Below are positions 56,954 through 64,000 of a stretch of DNA of 64,000 nt, one piece after another. The position numbers and the translations under genes were made by a program. The stretch is taken from the NCBI GenBank assembly GCA_947576095.1, contig CANPPW010000002.1, positions 3,776 through 67,775 of the forward strand. Direction: 5' to 3'. Under the pieces are notes generated by a model. It saw nothing but the letters and a program-made list of their open reading frames with translations. It searched no databases and was not told the DNA's origin. The stretch is from an uncultured Mycoplasmatota bacterium (GTDB taxonomy: Bacteria > Bacillota_I > Bacilli_A > RF39 > UBA660). How positions within the stretch are numbered: position 1 is the stretch's first letter; each line of letters begins with the position of its first letter.

Positions 56954-58594
56954 GTGGAAAAAGGTATCAAATTAACAAAAGTAGATTTTATTATTTTAAT
57001 CGTAATTGTATTATTTTATGGAATATTTTCTTTTTATCATTTGGGTTCTTTTGATAATCCCAATAGCTTTGTTACAGGAGGAACATATACCTTTTCTCTT
57101 ACAGAATCTATGAATATTGATAAAATGAGATACTTTGTTGGAAATGAAATGGAATTTATTAAGGTATCTTATTCAGTAGATGGGAAATCTTATACAGAAG
57201 TAAAAACTATCAAGGATAAATATGCTTTTTCCTGGAATGATTTTGAAATAGGAGATAAAATTAAAAATATCCGATTGGAATTGTCTTCAAAAACAACATT
57301 AGGAGAAATTGCTCTTTATAATACAAAAGAAGAGATAGTAACATTACAATCAGATTCTACAAAAGCTCTCAAAATGATCGATGAAAGGCACACTGTTCCT
57401 AAGCAGATTAGTCATTTGAATAGTACCTATTTTGATGAAATTTATTTTGCGAGAACTGCTTATGAATATGCAAACGGACTTCCAGCTTATGAATGGGTCC
57501 ATCCACCACTAGGAAAACTATTGATGGCTATTCCTATAAAATTAGGTAAAATGGCTCCTTTCTATTACCGATTTATGGGGAATGTAGCAGGTATTTTAAT
57601 GCTTCCTGTTTTGTATATATTAGCCAAAAGAATGTTTAAAAAAACAAAATATGCTCTTTTTGCGACTTTACTTTTATGTTTTGATGGATTTCATTATGCA
57701 CATACTAGAATGGCAACAGTAGATAGTTTTTTGGTATTATTTATCCTATTATCTTTTCTGTTTATGTATCAATATCTGCTAAGTAAAAACAAATCATTGA
57801 AACATAGATGTTTTCAACTCTTTTTATCTGGATTATTTATGGGACTTTCTATCTCTGTCAAATGGACAGGTTGTTTTGCCGCTATGGGACTTGCTATTTT
57901 ATTTTTTATCGATTTTTTTAAACGGTATAAGAAAAAAGATGATTTTAGGAATGAAGGAAAAGATGTTATTATTTATTGTACTTTATTTTTTGTAATCATT
58001 CCTATTATCATTTATATCGCTTGTTATTTATGTTTTCCTAATATGTATTATTTTCAGGTAAGAAATACAAGAGAACTAGGTTTTATTATGAAAAATATGT
58101 TTGATTATCATGCAGGATTAAAAGAGCCTCATCCTTTTTATTCTGCTTGGTATACATGGCCTCTTATGCTGAAACCAGTTTGGTATTATGTAGGATATTA
58201 TGGAAACTTAAAGGCAACTATTAGTGGATTTGGGAATCCTATTGTATGGTGGCTGGGATTACTTGGAATGTTTTATATGATATATAAATGTTTTCGAAAA
58301 GATAAAAGGGCTTTTTGTTTACTGATTTTCTATATATGTTTGCTTATTTCTTATTTTAAAATTAGTAGGGGAATGTATTTATATCATTATTTTCCAGCAT
58401 TGCCATTTGCTATTTTAGGTGCCACTTATCTGATTATGGATATAACAGAGAAGTGTAAAAAAAATTATTTTTATATAGGAATACTAGTTTTTGTAATTTA
58501 CTTTTTTATCTATTTTTTTAAAGTTATATCAGGAATATGGATAGAACCACAAGCTTTTGAACCATTAAAATGGTTTGATAGTTGGATTTTTTAA
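56954..58594 (+). CDS. GT39/PMT-family (dolichyl-phosphate-mannose protein mannosyltransferase-like) membrane glycosyltransferase with extra N-terminal domain
   Basis: YFDEIYFARTAYEY (DE motif, loop 1) and HPPLGKLLMA pattern, about 10 TM helices. GTG start after AAAGGAG. Confidence 0.65.
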   Translation: MEKGIKLTKVDFIILIVIVLFYGIFSFYHLGSFDNPNSFVTGGTYTFSLTESMNIDKMRYFVGNEMEFIKVSYSVDGKSYTEVKTIKDKYAFSWNDFEIGDKIKNIRLELSSKTTLGEIALYNTKEEIVTLQSDSTKALKMIDERHTVPKQISHLNSTYFDEIYFARTAYEYANGLPAYEWVHPPLGKLLMAIPIKLGKMAPFYYRFMGNVAGILMLPVLYILAKRMFKKTKYALFATLLLCFDGFHYAHTRMATVDSFLVLFILLSFLFMYQYLLSKNKSLKHRCFQLFLSGLFMGLSISVKWTGCFAAMGLAILFFIDFFKRYKKKDDFRNEGKDVIIYCTLFFVIIPIIIYIACYLCFPNMYYFQVRNTRELGFIMKNMFDYHAGLKEPHPFYSAWYTWPLMLKPVWYYVGYYGNLKATISGFGNPIVWWLGLLGMFYMIYKCFRKDKRAFCLLIFYICLLISYFKISRGMYLYHYFPALPFAILGATYLIMDITEKCKKNYFYIGILVFVIYFFIYFFKVISGIWIEPQAFEPLKWFDSWIF

Positions 58595-58606
58595 AACTGA
58601 AAAACA

Positions 58607-59251
58607 CTAGGAGAAATTTTTTAGATATTCTTCTAGTGTTATATTTTTCTCAAAAATGATTTTTGCAACTTCATGTCCTACATATCGGTAATGCCATGGT
58701 TCATATTTAAAACCTGTAATATTGGTTTTATTTTTAGGATATCTTAAAATAAAACCAAATTCATGGGCATGGTTTATCATCCAAGAAAATTCTGGAGATT
58801 TTTCAAATTCGTCATAATCTTGATTAGAACCTTCCACATCGACGGCAAGACCTGTTTGATGTTCCGAGTGCCCTTTTCTAGCACTACATAAATCAGCATA
58901 TTCAAGTCCCTTTTCTTTTACATACTGAGTATATAAAGCTTCCTGATATTCATAACTTCTATAAGTTGATGTTGCAACAATACGATATCCTAATGATTTG
59001 GCCGTCATGCTTAATTTTTCAAAAGCATCTTTTGCTTCTTTTCTCATAAATTTATCTTCAAATGCATAGGAAATATCTATTTTAGTTAAATCTTTTGGAA
59101 CATAATTTTTATCTAACTTGTGATTTTTATTAACAAGAACAAGAATATCATTGGGATGATGAATAGGTTCAATATTTTTATAAAAATTCATAATACTATC
59201 TCCTTTCATAAGTAAAATTAAAAATAAAATCCATATATATATCTTTGGCAT
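58607..59251 (-). CDS. VanY-like D-Ala-D-Ala carboxypeptidase (peptidase M15B)
   Basis: SEHQTGLAVDV and EPWHYRYVG motifs. Signal peptide. AGGTGGA RBS. Confidence 0.75.
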   Translation of the reverse strand: MPKIYIWILFLILLMKGDSIMNFYKNIEPIHHPNDILVLVNKNHKLDKNYVPKDLTKIDISYAFEDKFMRKEAKDAFEKLSMTAKSLGYRIVATSTYRSYEYQEALYTQYVKEKGLEYADLCSARKGHSEHQTGLAVDVEGSNQDYDEFEKSPEFSWMINHAHEFGFILRYPKNKTNITGFKYEPWHYRYVGHEVAKIIFEKNITLEEYLKNFS

Positions 59252-59294
59252 TTTTCCACCTATTATACTGTATGCAAAAAAAAAAGGATTTCTC

Positions 59295-60209
59295 CTATTT
59301 TAAATAAAAGGCAAAATATTCATCATAGGTTATTTTTTCATTTCTTATTTTTTTGGCAATTTCCCTTCCCACATATCGATAATGCCAAGGTTCATAAGCG
59401 TATCCTGTGATATCTTCTTTTTCTTTCGGAAACCTTAAAATAAATCCATATTCATGAGCATGATTTTGTAACCAAGTAAAAGCAGGAGAATCTTCAAATG
59501 TATCTCTATTTGTTCCAAAACCAATAATATCTAAAGCAAGACCTGTTTGATGTTCTGAAAAACCAGGCTTAGCAGCATAACTATCGGCATATTTTTCTCC
59601 ATATGTTTTTACATATTTGTCATATATTTTTTTCTGATCTATGTAACTTCTATATCCAGAGGTAGCAACTAGTTTTATATTCTCACTTTGAGCATCATCA
59701 CACATAGCTTTATATATCTCATATATATCTTTTCTGATTTGATTATTTTCGTATGCGTATTTTAAAGGAATATCTATAATACTAGATGGAACATAGTCTT
59801 CTGTTAAATAGAAATGTTTGTTTACTAGAATTTGATCATTTTTGCTTATATCTGCTTTTTCAGCTTTTTCATAAGCCTCTATATTTGCTTTGGTATTGAT
59901 AACAGAGACTATATATGTATAATCTTTTGTGTTATTTTCTTTTTGATAAGAAATATAAGCATCTAAATTTTTTTCAATAAAATATTTTTCTTGTATAATC
60001 TTAGAAAGATTTTCATTATATTTCATATTTAGAATCTTTTTAAAATTTTTCACTTTTTTTTGAATGATCTCTCTTTCTTCTTTTTGATATCCTAATTTTT
60101 GTAATTGATAGGGAATGCTATTTTGGTATTCAAAATACTTGTATACTGCAAAAATAGTTCCTAAAACAGAAAGAGTAAAAATTATTAAAATTATTTTTTT
60201 ATATTTCAT
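59295..60209 (-). CDS. VanY-like D-Ala-D-Ala carboxypeptidase (peptidase M15B), membrane-anchored paralog
   Basis: SEHQTGLALDI and EPWHYRYVG motifs. N-terminal TM. Confidence 0.7.
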   Translation of the reverse strand: MKYKKIILIIFTLSVLGTIFAVYKYFEYQNSIPYQLQKLGYQKEEREIIQKKVKNFKKILNMKYNENLSKIIQEKYFIEKNLDAYISYQKENNTKDYTYIVSVINTKANIEAYEKAEKADISKNDQILVNKHFYLTEDYVPSSIIDIPLKYAYENNQIRKDIYEIYKAMCDDAQSENIKLVATSGYRSYIDQKKIYDKYVKTYGEKYADSYAAKPGFSEHQTGLALDIIGFGTNRDTFEDSPAFTWLQNHAHEYGFILRFPKEKEDITGYAYEPWHYRYVGREIAKKIRNEKITYDEYFAFYLK

Positions 60210-60349
60210 ATGATCACCATTTTTATTATACAATAAAGATGTAGAGATATAAAGAATTTTAGTGTGACAATTTATTCATATTTATAAAATTTTGCTTGTA
60301 CAAATTATACAAATATATTATAATGTATATACCAGAAAGGATTGAAAAT

Positions 60350-60892
60350 ATGGATGAAATTTTATTGAATGCAGAAGAAAGAATGCAGTCTTCTATAGAG
60401 AATATGGAAAAAAGATTTATAAATGTAAGAGCTGGAAGAGCAAATCCTGCTATTTTAGATAAAGTTATAGTTTCTTATTACAATGTAGATACTCCTTTAA
60501 AACAACTTGCAAATATTTCAATTCCAGAAGCAAGACAACTTTGTATTAAACCATTTGATAAATCTTGTTTAGGTGATATTGAACATGCAATATATGCAGC
60601 AGATATTGGACTAACCCCTAATAACAATGGAGAGACGATAATTTTAAATATTCCTGCTTTAACAGAGGAAACTAGAAAAGAATATGTAAAGCAAGTAAAG
60701 GGAATTGCTGAAGAATGTAAAATTGCATTTCGTAATATTAGACAAGATGCGAATAATGATATCAAGAAACTAGATATTTCTGAAGATGATATAAAAGTAG
60801 GAAATGAAGAAGTTCAAGAACTTATTGTTAAATTTAATAAAATTGTAGATGAAAAATTAAAAGCAAAAGAGACAGAACTAATGAGTGTTTAA
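60350..60892 (+). CDS. frr: Ribosome recycling factor
   Basis: MDEILLNAEERMQSSIENMEKRFINVRAGRANPAILD matches RRF. Confidence 0.9.
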   Translation: MDEILLNAEERMQSSIENMEKRFINVRAGRANPAILDKVIVSYYNVDTPLKQLANISIPEARQLCIKPFDKSCLGDIEHAIYAADIGLTPNNNGETIILNIPALTEETRKEYVKQVKGIAEECKIAFRNIRQDANNDIKKLDISEDDIKVGNEEVQELIVKFNKIVDEKLKAKETELMSV

Positions 60893-60933
60893 TCTCTTTT
60901 TTCTTTACAAAGACTTGTCATTTGGATATTGGG

Positions 60934-61536
60934 TTATTTTAAGAAAGGCAAAATACTTACTCCTAAACTATATCCTAGTAGGGCAAGAGGTTTGCCAGTT
61001 AAAATGATCAGTGTGAACTTTTTAAGAGTCATATCTGTGATTCCTGCAATGTAACAAAGTAAATCGTCAGGTGCACCAGGAAGAAAAATTCCCAGCAAAA
61101 AGATTTTATCAAATTTTTTTTGGTGGATATATGTTAAATATTTATTTATTGTTTTTTCTTGGAATAATTTATGAATGATTTTGGTTCCAAATTTTCGGGA
61201 AATAAAAAAAGCGAAAAGGGAGCCTATACATAATCCAATATAATTATATAAAAAACCTAAAATAGGTCCAAAGGCAAGAACACCAGCTAAGCAACTAGCC
61301 CCACCTGGAACAACGGGGAAGATTACTTGTAAAATTTGTATAAAAATAAAAAGAAGAGGGGCTAGTATTCCTGCTTTTTTGATATAAGCTGTCAGTGCAT
61401 CATCTGATGAAAAAAATCCCTGTTTGATTCCATATATAATAAATAGAATAATGAGGGCTGTAATCAAAATAGTCATGATATGAGTAAATATTTTAAAATA
61501 GTTATTATTTTTTTGTATTTCTTCCACAATTTTCAC
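60934..61536 (-). CDS. TVP38/TMEM64 (DedA-related) family membrane protein
   Basis: VVPGGASCLAGVLAFGP...SRKFG motif. Confidence 0.75.
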   Translation of the reverse strand: MKIVEEIQKNNNYFKIFTHIMTILITALIILFIIYGIKQGFFSSDDALTAYIKKAGILAPLLFIFIQILQVIFPVVPGGASCLAGVLAFGPILGFLYNYIGLCIGSLFAFFISRKFGTKIIHKLFQEKTINKYLTYIHQKKFDKIFLLGIFLPGAPDDLLCYIAGITDMTLKKFTLIILTGKPLALLGYSLGVSILPFLK

Positions 61537-61681
61537 CTCAATTATAGTATTACTTTTTTACTTAAAAAAATACTTATGATAGTATAACATATAACATATT
61601 TTTATGAGTGACAATCCAGTCATATGCTATTACGGTTTTGTCATAAGTTTTGATTATAAGAATGAAATTGTAAAATTTAAA

Positions 61682-62104
61682 TTACTTTTTTTCATTTTTA
61701 ATAAAATCATCCATATGTAATAAAGTAATATCATCAATAAAATGTTCAATTTTTTCAACTTGTTCTAGTCTGTAGTCAATTTTATTTAATATTGAGAAAA
61801 ATGTGACTAATGTGTTATGTCTCCATAATAAATAAGAGCCGTTTCTAATACCTTGTTCTGTTAATGAAATTTCTCCATATTTTTTCATAAGAATTAAATT
61901 ATGATGTTTTAGTTTATCCATCATTTTAGAAGCAGAAGATGGTTTGACATTTAAAGCATTGGCAACATCGTTTACCCTAATGCTTTTTTGTTGTAAGAAG
62001 ATACGATATATCATTTCTAGATAATCCTCCATAGAGGCAGTTAAAGTAGAAGATTTATGATTTTGATAACCTCGTAATGTATAAAAAGGACTTTTTTCTT
62101 TCAT
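61682..62104 (-). CDS. DtxR/MntR-family metal-dependent transcriptional repressor
   Basis: LTASMEDYLEMIYRI...SIRVNDVANALNVKPSSASKMMDKL. AGAGAGGG RBS. Confidence 0.8.
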   Translation of the reverse strand: MKEKSPFYTLRGYQNHKSSTLTASMEDYLEMIYRIFLQQKSIRVNDVANALNVKPSSASKMMDKLKHHNLILMKKYGEISLTEQGIRNGSYLLWRHNTLVTFFSILNKIDYRLEQVEKIEHFIDDITLLHMDDFIKNEKK

Positions 62105-62197
62105 AGGAACCCTCTCTTTTATTTTTCATATAGTAATAGTGTATAAGTTAGTTATGGGAAACTTTCTAACAGTATTGTATGAAAAGAGGTTTTAAAT

Positions 62198-62434
62198 ATG
62201 AAAAAAACAACACTTGATTTATTAAGAGTTGGGGAAAAAGCCATAATTATCAAAGTTAATAATAAGGGAGATATTCGAAGAAGACTTTTAGATATTGGAC
62301 TCATTCCAGGAACTGAAGTGGAAAGTATCCTGAAAAGTCCTAGTGGCGATCCTGCAGCTTTTTTAATAAGAGGATCTTTATTTGCTATTCGTAGTGAAGA
62401 TGCTTCAAAAATTGAAATAGAGGTGTTAGGATGA
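62198..62434 (+). CDS. feoA: Ferrous iron transport protein FeoA
   Basis: 78 aa SH3-like protein (LLRVGEKAIIIKV...DIGLIPGTEV...IRGSLFAIR). Confidence 0.85.
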   Translation: MKKTTLDLLRVGEKAIIIKVNNKGDIRRRLLDIGLIPGTEVESILKSPSGDPAAFLIRGSLFAIRSEDASKIEIEVLG

Positions 62435-63999
62435 AACAAAATAAAAGAAAAATTGCTTTAGCTGGAAATCCCAATGTAGGGAAGAGTACGGTTTTTAATG
62501 CTTTAACAGGTATGCATCAACATACGGGAAATTGGCCAGGGAAGACAGTGAGTAATGCATCAGGAGAATATACATATCAGAATAAACTATATAGGATTTA
62601 TGATTTGCCAGGCACATATTCTTTAATTTCCCATTCAGAGGAGGAAGAAATTGCTCGTGATTTTATTTGTTTTGGTGAAATTGATGTAACTGTAATTGTA
62701 TGTGATGCTGTATGTTTAGAAAGAAATTTGAATTTAGTGTTGCAAATTATGGAAATTAATCCTAAAGTTATTGTTTGTGTAAATCTTTTAGATGAGGCAA
62801 AGAAGAAAAAAATACATATTGATTTAAAAGCCTTATCTAGTTATTTAGGTGTTCCTGTGGTGGGAACAAGTGCTAGAGAAAAAAAGGGACTTGCACATTT
62901 ATTGAAGACGATTGAAAAAACGGCTGAACAAAAGTATAGAAAGGCTTCTTATGTGGTGCATTATAATTCTTACATTGAAAAAGCGATTGATAAGATAGAA
63001 CCATATATAAAAGAAAAGGTAGGAAATTTAAATACAAGATGGGTTAGTTTAAAACTTATTGACCAGGATCCTATTATTTTAGAAACACTAAAAGATCATT
63101 TAGGTATAAATATAGTAGATACAAAGATGGAAAAGATACTTTTAGAGGTGCAAAATGATTTGTTAGAACAGGATATTATATTAAGTGAAGTAAAAGATGA
63201 TGTGGTAGCAAGTATTATCAAAACAGCTGAAGATATTTGCCAAAAAGTAGTTGTGTTTGAAAAGGAAGATTATCGTAGAAGAGATAAAAAAATAGATCAA
63301 ATTTTAACTAGTAAATGGTTTGGGATTCCCATTATGTTAGCTCTTTTATGTACTATATTTTGGATTACTATGATAGGTGCAAATGTCCCATCTACACTTT
63401 TATCAAATGGTTTATTTTGGATTTCAGATCAAATAGAGAAGTTTTTAAATTTTATTCATATGCCTGCTATTGTGACAGATATTTTTATTAATGGTGTTTA
63501 TAAAGTTCTGGCATGGGTTGTTTCAGTTATGTTACCACCAATGGCTATCTTTTTTCCTTTATTTACACTACTGGAGGATTTAGGATATTTACCTAGGATT
63601 GCTTTTAATTTAGATAAGTATTTTAAAAAATGTTCAGCTTGTGGGAAACAGGCACTTAGTATGTGTATGGGATTTGGTTGTAATGCAGTTGGTGTAACTG
63701 GGTGCCGTATTATTGATTCACCTAGGGAACGGTTATTAGCGATTTTAACCAATGCTTTTGTTCCTTGTAATGGTAGATTTCCAATGCTCATTACCCTTAT
63801 AGGAATGTTCTTATTTACTGGTGGTTCAGGATTTATGAGTAGTTTTATTTTAACAATAGTAATTTTAATAAGTATTTTAATGACTTTATTGATGTCTAAA
63901 ATTTTATCCAAAACTGTTTTAAAAGGTGTTCCATCCTCTTTTACATTAGAACTTCCTCCTTACCGAAAACCACAAATTGGAAAAGTTATTATTCATTCA
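62431..63999 (+). CDS. feoB: Ferrous iron transporter FeoB (3' partial, runs off window end)
   Basis: IALAGNPNVGKSTVFNALTG G-domain. ATGA overlap with feoA stop. Open frame to 64000. Confidence 0.9.
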   Translation, partial: MKQNKRKIALAGNPNVGKSTVFNALTGMHQHTGNWPGKTVSNASGEYTYQNKLYRIYDLPGTYSLISHSEEEEIARDFICFGEIDVTVIVCDAVCLERNLNLVLQIMEINPKVIVCVNLLDEAKKKKIHIDLKALSSYLGVPVVGTSAREKKGLAHLLKTIEKTAEQKYRKASYVVHYNSYIEKAIDKIEPYIKEKVGNLNTRWVSLKLIDQDPIILETLKDHLGINIVDTKMEKILLEVQNDLLEQDIILSEVKDDVVASIIKTAEDICQKVVVFEKEDYRRRDKKIDQILTSKWFGIPIMLALLCTIFWITMIGANVPSTLLSNGLFWISDQIEKFLNFIHMPAIVTDIFINGVYKVLAWVVSVMLPPMAIFFPLFTLLEDLGYLPRIAFNLDKYFKKCSACGKQALSMCMGFGCNAVGVTGCRIIDSPRERLLAILTNAFVPCNGRFPMLITLIGMFLFTGGSGFMSSFILTIVILISILMTLLMSKILSKTVLKGVPSSFTLELPPYRKPQIGKVIIHS

Positions 64000-64000
64000 A

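Noticed and set aside
60478-60765. 95-aa minus ORF
   Set aside because: Antisense within frr.
62152-62439. 95-aa minus ORF
   Set aside because: Antisense to feoA.
63498-63911. 137-aa minus ORF
   Set aside because: Antisense within feoB, which has an unambiguous G-domain and membrane-domain translation.
1-64000. CRISPR arrays, tRNA or rRNA genes
   Set aside because: No regularly spaced direct repeats. No T-loop (GGTTCGAAT/GTTCGATTCC) or clover-leaf candidates found on visual scan.

Overview
This 64 kb window is low-GC (about 30%) and gene-dense, and looks like chromosomal DNA from a spore-forming Firmicute. Sporulation genes are scattered through it: yunB, sspI, yabG, veg, spoVG, yabP, yabQ, divIC, gerQ and a cotD-like gene. 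Most of the window is core housekeeping: rnj, ftsY, ylxM, gatCAB, a dacB-like carboxypeptidase, trmB, ruvAB, queA, prfB with its programmed +1 frameshift, ftsEX, mutM, pyk, tmcAL, yceD-rpmF, an N-domain-less clpB behind a CIRCE operator, ffh, frr, and mntR-feoAB. I found no rRNA, tRNA or CRISPR array. Several things are not housekeeping. A HerA/DUF87-family ATPase is translationally coupled to ylxM exactly where ffh sits in the canonical ftsY-ylxM-ffh operon, and ffh has moved 46 kb away. There are two monocistronic paralogous large (about 410 aa) prepilin-type proteins. A decayed ISL3-family transposase remnant sits next to a small islet of lineage-specific genes. A TQXA/thioester-like surface protein is paired with a sortase. 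A small sigma-70-region-4 HTH gene upstream of yceD-rpmF appears frameshifted. There is a Fic toxin-like gene and a pseudokinase-like gene. All function calls come from reading motifs in the translated ORFs; no database search was run.
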